This document shows, in pieces, positions 41,395 to 51,267 of a stretch of DNA of 64,000 nt. This DNA is from a bacterium (GTDB lineage: Bacteria; UBA8248), in contig CBDATS010000002.1 in assembly GCA_965200245.1 (NCBI GenBank), forward strand, positions 32,001 to 96,000. Direction: 5' to 3'. The notes beneath the pieces are model-generated. The model did no database searches. It was not told the DNA's origin and was given only the letters and a program-made list of their open reading frames with translations. Position 1 is the first letter of the stretch, and every line of letters begins with the position of its first letter. The translations under genes were made by a program, and so were the position numbers.

Positions 41395-42163
41395 AGGGAC
41401 TTCGACGACAAAGAGTGCGAACCTTAGCGGCAAGGACCGTCTAATAGTTGCGCTGGACGTGCCAACACACGAGGAAGGGTTCGACCTGGTTGAAAAACTG
41501 ACCAACGTGTCTTTTTTCAAAGTTGGTCTCGAACTCTTTTGGGCAGGGAATGTGCTCGGACTCATTAAGGAGCTTCAGGCTCGCCGATCCGGTAAAGGCG
41601 GGGTGTTCGTGGACTTGAAACTTTCCGGTGACATCGACAATACGATTTCCATGTTCATCAAGGGCTGCAAGGCCCTGAACGTCAAGTTCATTACGCTGAC
41701 CGAGTCTGTTCCTCATGCAATAACGCTCAAGACAATTGAAACCGCGCTGAAAACTCGCGGGGAAGAAAAACACCCCAAACTCTTGATGGTTCCATTGCTT
41801 TCGAGTCTGAATGATGATGATCTCACAGAGGGAATGGATTCGACGCAATACATCCTGAAGCATGGTAAAAAACTACTGGCTGGCGAATGTGACGGGTTGA
41901 TTGTTTCAGGCAACGCTATCAAGGCCTGCCGCGAGAGATTCCCGAACGCCGACATCGTGAGTCCGGGTATCAGGCCTGTATGGACCGCTTCGGACGATCA
42001 CAAACGATATACGACACCGGCCGATGCAATCCGAATGGGCTCGGACTATCTCGTCGTGGGCAGACCCATCACGAAAAGCGATCCTTTTTCCGCGGCCAAA
42101 GCCATCATCGAGGAAATGGACGAAGCACTGGATACCAATAATTTCGTCATCACTGATAGATGA
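41395..42163 (+). CDS. pyrF: Divergent orotidine-5'-phosphate decarboxylase-like protein; start codon apparently out of frame
   Basis: DRLIVALD, FKVGLEL, DLKLSGDIDNT, SPGIRP, DDHKR..TP..AI..G.DY.VVGRPI; ATG 41392 is one base out of frame. Confidence 0.75.
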
Positions 42164-42199
42164 ATCACGCCGCTATTTTTTAAGGACCATAGCTACCAC

Positions 42200-42420
42200 C
42201 CTCTCACAGACCCACACACTTCAGAAGCGTGAACCCGAAGGCAAAACCGGGTCCGCACCGCGCAGTTTGTAGCGATAACAACACCCATCCACGTAGTACC
42301 GGAGATATTTCCGGCTCAAGTTGTGGAACGATCCGAACATCCCGCGGCTTCAGGAATGTCCATAAGCCCGCGATCATGTTCTCGATCATGTTGATGTACG
42401 TATCGCTGTGACACAGCATT
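42200..42420 (-). mobile_element. IS1595-family transposase C-terminal remnant
   Basis: Frameshifted GLWTFLK / MFGSFHNLSRKYLRYYVD..CYRY resembling the IS1595 DDE C-terminus. Confidence 0.55.
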
Positions 42421-43041
42421 TCGCGTGGTGGACCACCTGGAGCGGCCGGAGCGACCCCACCCGGGAATAGCCGTATTCGTCCGCAACCAAAGAACGGTCC
42501 GACCGATACCCCAAGGCCAACCGAGTACACTCTGAAGACGAGATATTGAGCGATGCCGCGAGTTACGTATTTCCTTGATAACGGCATAATCGACAACTTC
42601 TCCGTCCGCTTCGACCACAACTTCCTCGACTTTCTTGGAAGTTGGCATACGCCGGAGAGCTTGACGGGTAGTAGTATGTCGGGACATTTTTCGTGTCGGC
42701 AGACACGTCGGGCTGTGGCGTCGCCGATTGGCAGCCGCCCTCGGCTGCGACCCGAGAAATTCCAATCCTGACGCCTCTATCCGCGCCTGGATCGTGCGCT
42801 CGCGTTTCGGCATCGAAAGTCGGCTACCCGTCGCGCCGTAGAACATGTTCCGGTCGCCCGCGGTCAGGGTGCAGTAATTGAACGGATCGGGGTACCTGAT
42901 GAAGGTTGAAAGGTCCGAGAGTATCCAATGCACCAAAACGCCGAAAGCGCCGAGTGTCTGACGAGGGAGTGGAGAGTTGTTCACACATCTCACATCGTGC
43001 GATATTGCGAACATGCAACAACACCATATCGGGAATGATAA

Positions 43042-43326
43042 ATGGAGACAAGCCTTTGGGGAGGAAAGGCGACGACAGATCAAACATTTCCTTTAAAAGA
43101 CGAATTTAAATTCTACATTGATCACCAATCCGAATTGGCAGAACAATATGAAGGAAAGTATATCGTTATCAAGGACAGAAAAGTGATTGGTGAGTATGAT
43201 GAACAAATGGAAGCAATTGAAACCACTACCGAGGAACACGAATTAGGCACGTTCCTTGTGCAAAAATGCGATCCCGATCCAGAAAGCACCCTACAGACAT
43301 TTCATTCACGAGCATACTTTTCCTAG
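43042..43326 (+). CDS. DUF5678-like small protein
   Basis: EF.FY..HQ.EL..QY.GKYIVIKD.KVIG.YD....A, GTFLVQKC. Confidence 0.75.
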   Translation: METSLWGGKATTDQTFPLKDEFKFYIDHQSELAEQYEGKYIVIKDRKVIGEYDEQMEAIETTTEEHELGTFLVQKCDPDPESTLQTFHSRAYFS

Positions 43327-43620
43327 ATGCAGGAATCACAAGCTTCAGCTTTTACGGCATCTTCAAACGGTCTCAAAAAAGTCCTTGTCAATGAGGTTGA
43401 AGTAACGACCGCTGATCAGCCTTCCGATGGTTCTCCTGCGCCTGAATTCAAAACTTGCAACGGGATTTGGGATACGGGGCTACTGCAACTGTAATTGCAA
43501 GGCGCATAGTCGATGATTGCGACCTCACATTTCGGATACCATCACAATCAAAAATAGATTTTGTCAAAGAACTTCGAATGGACTCTATAATAAAGGGAAA
43601 AGGCTCCGAAAAAAACGACC
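43327..43620 (+). pseudogene. Retropepsin-like aspartyl protease remnant
   Basis: MQESQASAFT...GIWDTG, frameshift to ATATVI, then directly TFRIPS..IDFVK (middle missing). Confidence 0.65.
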
Positions 43621-43781
43621 TAAGTCACGAGGGAAATAACCGAGACTCCCGATGGATAAATGGAAAACGAGAAGATGAAGTTGCTGATCGCCGATGACTC
43701 CGCAGGAAACCGGGACAGTTTTCGGGCCAAGCGATTCGAGCGCTGTGCATCCGCTCGATCGACATTCCCGAACAGCGCCTC

Positions 43782-44033
43782 TCAGATCATCCCGCCCACG
43801 AAACCCTGTCTTCGAATTCTGGCGATCGGTTCGAGACGCGCCTTCTTTGAACGGCATTCCCGGCAACGCAGAAGGGGCGCAAGATCCTCCACGCGCATCC
43901 CGCGATGGACCCTTCCCATCCCCGACCGGGCCAGGAGGTCGGCGGGCTCCAGGGTCGTCTCCCGGCCGCAGGTCTCGCACACCACAATGAAATACCACTC
44001 TCCTTCCGCATAATCGCCCAGGGAAAGCGCCAC
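43782..44033 (-). CDS. Small Zn-ribbon protein (CxxC...CxxC) coupled to the Y-family polymerase
   Basis: GTG overlaps the polymerase TAG; VCETCGRE...LRCRECRSK. Confidence 0.65.
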   Translation of the reverse strand: MALSLGDYAEGEWYFIVVCETCGRETTLEPADLLARSGMGRVHRGMRVEDLAPLLRCRECRSKKARLEPIARIRRQGFVGGMI

Positions 44034-45271
44034 TACTGGAAACCCTCCAGTTGTGGAATGCGGCCATACGCAATCTTCGCCCCCGCGTAACCGCCTGGAG
44101 GCGCACACCCGCCGTAGCCGACGAGGGTGCGTGCATAGCGACGGTTGATCGAATCGACGGCAGCGCTCAGCCTCGCCCGCCGGCATCCCTCGTCCGGCAT
44201 TCCAGATGACATTTCGAGTTGCGCTTCCTCCGAGGGGAAGAGCCGGTCGAACGACACGGCAACCCGGAACAGGGTGGCCCGTCTCCGCGCGGTGGCGAGA
44301 CCGGCCCACAGCACCGAGAGAGCCTCGAGACAGGTCAGATCATCGTTCGCCCTGGCAACGAATCCCGAGTCCGTCCAGGAGGGACCACCGAGACAATCAA
44401 CCGAAAGAGTGAGCCTCCGGGCGAGGAACCCCTCCCGGCGCAGGCGCCGGGCCGCCTTCACCACCAGTTTCCTGGCCATCGGCCGGGCAGCCGGCACGCT
44501 GCGCTCTCCAGGTGGCAGGACCCGGCCGTGGCCGATCGAGGCGCGTTTCGTCACCGGCGGTTCGACGGCATAGCCGTGGAGTGCGTACCAGAAGCGCGCG
44601 CCGGCCACGTTGCCCCAGAGCGAACGCAGCCGGGCGGGGTCAGCGTTCCACACGTCCGCGACCGTCGCCATTCCACCCCGTTTCAAACGCGCGTGCATGC
44701 CCTTCCCCACTCCGGGAAGCGCTTTCAGTTCAAGACCGAGCAGGGGGCCCGGCAGGTCGCCGGGATACAGCACCGTGAGGCCGTCCGGTTTGTCCATGCC
44801 TGCCGCTATCCTGGCGAGCCACCTGTTGGGCGCACAGCCGACCGAGCAGGTGATGCGCTCCCCCACGGCTGCACGCACGCGGCTCTTGATTCGTCCCGCG
44901 ACCTCCCCGGGGCAGTCCCGCTTCCCCAGAGTGGCGGCGAACTCGTCAATCGAGCAGACAAGGTCAACCGGCAAGACGGAGAGCACCGCCGCCATGATCC
45001 GGTGGTGTACCCACACATAGAGGTCCGGACGCTGCGGCGTGAGAACTATCCGGGGACATAACCGCCGCGCCTCGGCGATCGAGGTCCCGGTCCTGACATC
45101 GAACCGCTTGGCCACGGCGTTGGCAGCGAGCACGCAGCTGTTGCGCGCCCCCACAAATGGGATGACCCCAACGGGACGGCCGTGCAGACCGGTGTTCGCC
45201 TGCTCCTCGCAGGATGCAAAAAAGCCGTCGAAATCGATATAGAGGTGCCTGGGTTCGGTCGGTCGGCGCAT
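44033..45271 (-). CDS. Y-family DNA polymerase (DinB/ImpB/UmuC-like)
   Basis: LYIDFDGFFASCE, SIDE, DKPDG, LPGVG, IMS C-terminal domain. Confidence 0.92.
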   Translation of the reverse strand: MRRPTEPRHLYIDFDGFFASCEEQANTGLHGRPVGVIPFVGARNSCVLAANAVAKRFDVRTGTSIAEARRLCPRIVLTPQRPDLYVWVHHRIMAAVLSVLPVDLVCSIDEFAATLGKRDCPGEVAGRIKSRVRAAVGERITCSVGCAPNRWLARIAAGMDKPDGLTVLYPGDLPGPLLGLELKALPGVGKGMHARLKRGGMATVADVWNADPARLRSLWGNVAGARFWYALHGYAVEPPVTKRASIGHGRVLPPGERSVPAARPMARKLVVKAARRLRREGFLARRLTLSVDCLGGPSWTDSGFVARANDDLTCLEALSVLWAGLATARRRATLFRVAVSFDRLFPSEEAQLEMSSGMPDEGCRRARLSAAVDSINRRYARTLVGYGGCAPPGGYAGAKIAYGRIPQLEGFQ

Positions 45272-45284
45272 AGCTCACCTAGGT

Positions 45285-45299
45285 GAATAAAAAGCGAAT
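45285..45299. promoter_or_regulatory. Possible alphaproteobacterial-type LexA box (GAAT-N7-GAAT)
   Basis: gaat-aaaaagc-gaat 14 bp upstream of the polymerase start; consensus GAAC-N7-GAAC. Confidence 0.5.
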
Positions 45300-45324
45300 A
45301 TACCGCAGTATGGGCAAGCCATGC

Positions 45325-45507
45325 AAGACAAAAATCGACAAAACCAAGGCGCGTGGCTACAATCCCGATATCAGGAACCCCCGTACAACGGAGGCAGAAC
45401 CCGGCGACCCCGAGACGCTGCTGGGCGAATTGTCTCCTGCCGGGGCGGAGGTAGCCACACTGCGCGAGCGGCTGAAGAAGACGCTGGCGGAGACGTTGTT
45501 ACGATAA
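45325..45507 (+). pseudogene. C-terminal remnant of type I R-M methyltransferase HsdM
   Basis: KARGYNPDIRNP....EPGDPETLL.EL....AEVATLRERLK..LAE.LLR*. Confidence 0.6.
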
Positions 45508-45551
45508 CATCCAGAAGGCGCGGCACTGGCCGTTCAGCGGGAGACTCGGAT

Positions 45552-45863
45552 ATGCACGCCGCAATCGCTGACAAGCGGGAAGAGCTGGTCGAACTCTGCC
45601 GGCGTCACGGCGTGATCCGGCTGGAGGTTTTTGGTTCCGCCGCCCGTGGTTCGGATTTCGACCCGGAGACCAGCGACGCCGATTTTCTCGTGGAATTTGG
45701 CCCCACGGACGGTCCCCGGACGCTCGGCCAGTATTTCGACTTCAGGGATGCCTTGCGCCATGCGCTTGGCCGCCCAGTCGATCTGGTTGAAGCGGGCGTG
45801 ATCCGCAATCCATACCTGCGCGCTGCCATCGACAAGCCGCGTGAGCTTGTCTATGCATCGTGA
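45552..45863 (+). CDS. Minimal nucleotidyltransferase (MNT) antitoxin
   Basis: LC.RHGV.RLEVFGSAARG.DFDP..SDADFLVEF, GRPVDLV. Confidence 0.88.
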   Translation: MHAAIADKREELVELCRRHGVIRLEVFGSAARGSDFDPETSDADFLVEFGPTDGPRTLGQYFDFRDALRHALGRPVDLVEAGVIRNPYLRAAIDKPRELVYAS

Positions 45864-46015
45864 CCTTCGCGTCCTGTTGATGGATATCGAACAGGCTGGT
45901 GCCGACATCAAGCGCTTTACGGAAGGCGCGACATTCGGCGGCTATCTCGAAGACACGATGATGCAGGCGGCGGTCGAGCGCAAGTTCGAGATCATCGGCA
46001 TGCGAAATCATCTGA
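45853..46015 (+). pseudogene. HEPN/DUF86 toxin, internally deleted and truncated
   Basis: AVERKFEIIG joined directly to MRNHL; the R-x4-H His is missing. Confidence 0.75.
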
Positions 46016-46144
46016 GGCGGGCAACTCCGACATCCCCTCAAGAAGACGATTCCACTCCGGTTCATCAATCAGCCGGGGCGGTATCTGCGAACGGATGAAC
46101 GTGTCGAGAACAGAGGCAAAACCGTCATATCCCGTACGTTTCAT
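45992..46144 (-). pseudogene. Truncated N-terminus of an unknown protein directly downstream of the NHLP precursor
   Basis: MKRTGYDGFASVLDTFIRSQIPPRLIDEPEWNRLLEGMSELPAS; stops at the junction with the HEPN fragment. Confidence 0.5.
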
Positions 46145-46202
46145 CTGGATTTCCCGACCCCACAATCCGGCGCGGAAAAACCGGAAGGAGCCCGAGGTTT
46201 CG

Positions 46203-46463
46203 CTATGCCCCCCAATAACCATCACCATAGCTACCGCGAGCGTCTCCCAACTGTTCCTCAGTGAGCCGGGACGCAGGCGGAAGGACGAGATAGCCGTTCT
46301 CGGCGTCGTCTTCCATCACATGCAGGTTGAAATTCTCCGGCATCGTTATCCCGAACTCCTCGGATACCACGGCCTTCGGTTCAGACATCAGACGGGCACG
46401 GAACTCCTCACTGTCGCCTGCCTTCCCGATCAGGTGCTCGTGCATCTCGGTAACGGATTTCAT
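46203..46463 (-). CDS. NHLP (nitrile-hydratase-like leader) RiPP precursor
   Basis: LI.KA..DEEFRARL..EPK.V...EFG...P....L.V.ED......LVLPP, LTEEQL...GS, core YGDGYWGA; strong RBS gaggagaggag. Confidence 0.88.
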   Translation of the reverse strand: MKSVTEMHEHLIGKAGDSEEFRARLMSEPKAVVSEEFGITMPENFNLHVMEDDAENGYLVLPPASRLTEEQLGDARGSYGDGYWGA

Positions 46464-47019
46464 CCTGGTCTCCTCTCCTCGATAAATGTGTTTGAGTGGA
46501 TACCCCCGATGCTTTTTTGCATTGTTGTCATGAACAGATTATAGAATACCCCGACGGGGAAGCAAGAAATTTTGGGTAATCATAACCCGAAGCCGACAAA
46601 TTTCTGTGCCGCGATGCTCTTTTTGTTGAAGCGGTTGTCAATGCGAACAGGCTTCCCACGAAAACGCGCCTCACACGCTTGTCCTTGGATCCCCGGGATT
46701 TTCCGAAAAGTCTGTGCCTAGCTCATGGAGATGTCTCGATTCTTCCGGAAACTTCGATCCGGGAGTGGGCATCAATCCTGATGGCAACCACCAGAATGTC
46801 TGACAGGAAGAACCCGGACTCCGCCCATTGACATGGCATGTTCCCGTATCGCTGGCCCCTGCCCTGCTGAACCGACTGGATCGGGAAGATCGGCTCGCGG
46901 GCGGTCATTCCGGGAATCAAACACGAGAGTGTCGGGTTCCGCCGATTTGCTGATGCAATTCCGGCGCGACCCTGGAAATCTTCCTGCTGATTTCGAGGAT
47001 TTCGTCTTGCGACCGTCTC

Positions 47020-47160
47020 GTTTCATGTTGCGGGTAATGGCCTGCGCGATGAGCAGGGCGATGGTGTTGGAGAAACTCGGTTGGGGGACTGCCGAGCGCT
47101 TGATGCGGATGCAGGCAAGTTACGATTTTGCGTAAGCGCGAGCGCGCTGCGCGACGGTAG
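47020..47160 (+). pseudogene. HigA-type antitoxin C-terminal remnant
   Basis: AM.LEKLGWGTAE..MRMQASYDFA*AR. Confidence 0.55.
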
Positions 47161-47285
47161 CCATGTTGAGATCTGCCATTCAGGCCCGAACACCACCTCC
47201 GGCAGTCCGCTCTTGACGCTCTTTACAGGGATGGAAACCCACTGATACATTAACTTCCGCGAATTGTTGCAATTGAAAGGTTAGC

Positions 47286-49426
47286 ATGCATCTCGAGAAC
47301 ATTGATTTCCTGCAATTGCTCAACGGTGATGTCCAGTATGTCGTACCTCGCTGGCAACGTCGCTACTGTTGGGGACAAGCCGACATTGAGCGGCTTGTCG
47401 ATGACCTGATTGCGGTCGCTGCCGCGGGAGACGACGCCACTCACTATGGGGGCACCCTCCTCACTTTCCCGGAACCGCGGGCGGCGGGTGTTCTGAGGAC
47501 CATTCGTGTCGTCGACGGCCAGCAGAGGCTCACAACGGTGAGCATCCTGCTCGCATGCATTGCAACAAATCTCGAACGAGATGGCTCATGTCGTGATTGG
47601 ACAGCAGAAATCATTCGCGAGCGGCGATTGACCAATCCCCATATGGAGTCAGAGAAACGCCTCAAATTGCAGCTGCAAACCAGAGACGAGGATGAATATC
47701 GCCGTGGTCTCGATGGTAGTCCCGAAGGAACCGGTGCGGTTGCTCAGGCTTGGCGGATTGCGCGGCGCTTGGTCGATCTGCACGATACGGATTCGCTACT
47801 ACTGGGCCTTGAACGGCTCCAGGTGGTCAGCATCGGCCTTGACACCACGGACGACCCGCAACAGATATTTGAGAGTTTGAACGCCACGGGTCGTCCGCTC
47901 ACGGAAAGCGAGAAAGTCAAGAACTGGCTCTTGCTCGGACTGCCGGAAAAACAGCAGCGGGAACTTCACGACGAATATTGGCGTAGCATTGAAAAAGCGC
48001 TCGGCGCTGAACACACGACCGAACCCATCGACACATTCCTTAGGGATGTCATGCGCTGGCGCACAGGCGAGGTCCATGGCGGCAACAAGACCTATGAACA
48101 GCTTCGACGCTGGGCGCTGAGGCAAGGGGACGGGAAGAATCGTGCCGAAATTTGCCGCGATCTGGCATGTCTCGCGAAACTGTATGGAATTCTGACCGGC
48201 ACAGCGGCGAAATTCTCCGACAAGAAAGTTGACAAGGAGATCAGGCATCTGCGGGCGTTGGGACTGGATGTCCACCGTCCGCTGACGTTGCGGCTGCTCC
48301 ATGAGACTTCCGATACCGATTCGACATCTGTGGCGAACTCCGATCTGGCGAAAACCCTCGCAGGAATTGGAGCTTGGATCACGCGCCTATGGCTGGCCGA
48401 TAGGCCAACGGCCGGACTGAACAAGGCCATGGCGGAACTTGCCTATAGTGCTGCTGGACCCGGCGAGAGAGAGGATTATACGGAGTATTGGCTCGATCAG
48501 ATACGCAGCCTTCGAAACCAACGCATCGGTGTTCCAAGAGACGAAGAAGTTCGCGAAGGCATGCGTATGCGTCCAGCCTATGGGGGTGGAGTTACTCAAT
48601 CCACATTTGCCGTTCTTTGCGAACTGATGGAAGCGGAACATCCTGACGAGGCGCCGGCACGCTGTCGTCTGACAGTCGAGCATGTGATGCCGCAGAAGCT
48701 CACGAACGAATGGAAACTCTATCTCGGAGAAAACGCTGAGGAAATACATGAGCGGTATTGCCATCGGTTCGCGAACTAACCCTGAGCGGAGACATTTCCA
48801 ACGCCAGCATGGGTGCAAATACCTTCGCTTCTAAACAGGAGATATACCGCAACAGTTCGATTGGAATGACGAGAAGACTCGCTGAAGAGAATGCATGGAA
48901 TGAGGCAACTCTCGAACGACGCGCCGAAGACATCGCTCGACGGGCTCTCGACCGCTGGCCGTGGTCCGACCATGGAACTCAGGCAGACGCAAATTGGTCA
49001 GATGGCGCATCCGTGACGGAGCGATTCTGGAGAATTTTCAAGGAAATCACGGGTGGTGTTCCGGGACAGAAGGAAACCTGGCGTCACCGAAATCTGTGGA
49101 CGAAACCCTGCAATTCGTCAGGTGACTGTATCGGCATTTACGTCGGCATTGAGTATGAGGTAGCCTGGCTCTACGTCTTGGCGGGTGATCAGCAATCGGC
49201 AAACAAGACGGTACGAAGTCGGAAACTCTCGCGACTTATTTGCGACTCAATGTCGGGTCAGGAGATTTCCGGCGACCTGGAGAAAGAAAGCGAGTCCGGG
49301 AGAACTGTGTGCGTCAAGCGGCACTGGCCCACCGATGATGAAGATGAATGGCCGGAAACTGCGAGATGGATCAAGGCTCAATACGACAGACTGCAGGGGA
49401 TTTTAGCGAATTCATCCATCGAATGA
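47286..49426 (+). pseudogene. GmrSD-like type IV restriction enzyme (DUF262+DUF1524), -1 frameshift near 48776
   Basis: VPRWQRRYCW, VDGQQRLTT, FESLNATG..L, VEHVMPQ, RFAN|LTL...N; gcgaactaacc lacks one C. Confidence 0.85.
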
Positions 49427-49663
49427 CAGAAACGGCACGGTAGGCTGTGAATGTTGTCGCAAGAGTCACTTGGGTAGAAAGTGGCTGCATTGATAGCTGG
49501 CCTGATGGCCAGTTGTACCAAACCGTAGCTGTTACCGGACATCTTGCTCGCGATAATGCTTTCGACTTTCTCATGATCTCGACCAGATATATCCCCATGG
49601 CAGCCACCATCTGAAGGCAGTTGCGTACGGACAAGAACCGAGTATTTCCGGGGAAAATGTTCC

Positions 49664-49692
49664 CGGAGTCAACGGAGTCAACGGAGTCAACG
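49664..49692 (+). repeat. 9-bp tandem repeat (cggagtcaa)x3
   Basis: Read directly from the sequence. Confidence 0.85.
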
Positions 49693-49742
49693 AGGCTGAG
49701 CCTGCAAATGGGCTACGCTAGTCAGTCTTGAGAAACAGTTAG

Positions 49743-50840
49743 TCTGAAGTTCCCCGGCTATCACGGATTATCCCATTGATTATACTGATTGTTTCGGTGA
49801 ATCAGGAGTTCGTTACCGGGGACAGGATTACAACGACACGCCGGGCAGACGGAAGGCTTCGTCCTGCAGGCCGGCAGGCCGGGTGAGGACCTCGAACGGT
49901 TCGGTTCCGGCCATGCGAGACATGACCCGGTTGCGGGTGATGGTGGCAGGGTCGGCGAGCAGGGTGCGGAAGCTGTGCACAGGCCAGCCCCCGTCGGTGC
50001 GTCTGCGCCGGTAGTGGAACCGGCCCCCGGCGTCGACCCGCCACGCGAAGTGTCTGGCCACCCTGTACCTGCCGATGACCCTGCCCACCCGCGCGCCGAT
50101 CCTGTCTTTCCCCTCAGGCGCCGCTTCTCCCGCCGCGTCGCCGCAGCGATGGGTTCCGGCAGTTTCTCCGTAGCTTCCGGCAGGGTCTCCCGCCTGCGCG
50201 CACGCTCCCCGGCCAGCAGCGGATTGCGGCAGACCATCAGCCGTTCGCCGGGGTACGCGTCGCTGTGGACCTCCACGAGGTCCTTCCCGTCGAACAGGGA
50301 CAGCGCCACGGGGCAGCCGTCCCGGTCGCACGGCAACCCGGATTCGGCAGCCTGCCCTTCCTGCCATCGCGCGAATACCTGCGCTTCGCCAGCGGGCAGT
50401 GGTGTCCTTCCACGCAGATCGGGGTCAGGTCGCAGGGCACCAGGGCGCCTTCTTCGGGATGCCGCCGGGCCAGGCTCCGTTCGATCCGCTTTCAGACCCG
50501 GCTTCCGCAGTGTGCCGGGCACTGCGGCGATATGGCCGTGGGGTCGGGAACACACGATTTCGAAGGCATCGTCGCGACCGGCCAAGGGGTTCGTTCCGCA
50601 GCAGACGGCGCAGGGTGTCGATTTTGCTTTTGGGCCATTTCGAGAGGTTGGCCAGCGTGCGTTCCCTGACTTTCCCGCCCTCACGCCATCCTTCGCGCAG
50701 CAGGATGGCAGGCGGTGAATTCCGGTTGAGGACGGTTTCGATGTACATGGGAACAGTATTTCTGTTTCCACCCACAATATTCCCCATGAAATCAATCGCC
50801 TGAACCCAAAATCAACACAAAATCATCGGGGAACTTCAGG
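49743..50840 (-). mobile_element. Internally deleted IS1634-family element with intact ends
   Basis: 13-bp perfect IR ctgaagttccccg (49744-49756 / 50827-50839), TTAG on both flanks; MYIETV.NRNSPPAILLRE.WREGGKV..RTLANLS.WP, YPGERL.VCRNPLLA. Confidence 0.85.
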
Positions 50841-50916
50841 TTAGGAGAACCATGGTGATAAAGACGATAATCAAATCATTGAAGGATATGGTGCTCCTCG
50901 GGGACAGGATCGCCCT

Positions 50917-51267
50917 TCATGAAGTGATCAGTCGCCAAAGATCATGGGCTTCGATTAGAGGTTGGACGTTCTCTAGCGTGTCCCTTCCTGAGGCATGTGC
51001 CATAAACATATCTGGCAACCTCAAAGAGAACAAGACATATTGAACCAAGCCTTGCCCTCGGAATTGTATGCCAACTTGCTCTCGATCCGCGTTCTTCCAT
51101 ATTGCGCGAAAGTTGCCATTGTCCAGAAGAGTGAGGTGCGGCCGCCGCGTTATCGCCAAAGAATAGAGAAATGACCATAAATCTTTCTCGGAGTCGTTCG
51201 ATATTTCAAGTCCTTCATTAGCAGCGATGTCTTTCAGACTATCGAGTCGAGTTTGAATCTCCTGCAC
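50917..51267 (-). CDS. Hypothetical protein
   Basis: Strong RBS aggaggtg before GTG; stop overlaps a downstream ATG (MKGDPVPEEHHI, truncated). Confidence 0.7.
   Translation of the reverse strand: MQEIQTRLDSLKDIAANEGLEISNDSEKDLWSFLYSLAITRRPHLTLLDNGNFRAIWKNADREQVGIQFRGQGLVQYVLFSLRLPDMFMAHASGRDTLENVQPLIEAHDLWRLITS

Noticed and set aside
49664-49692. CRISPR array
   Set aside because: Only short tandem repeats without spacers; no cas genes in the window.
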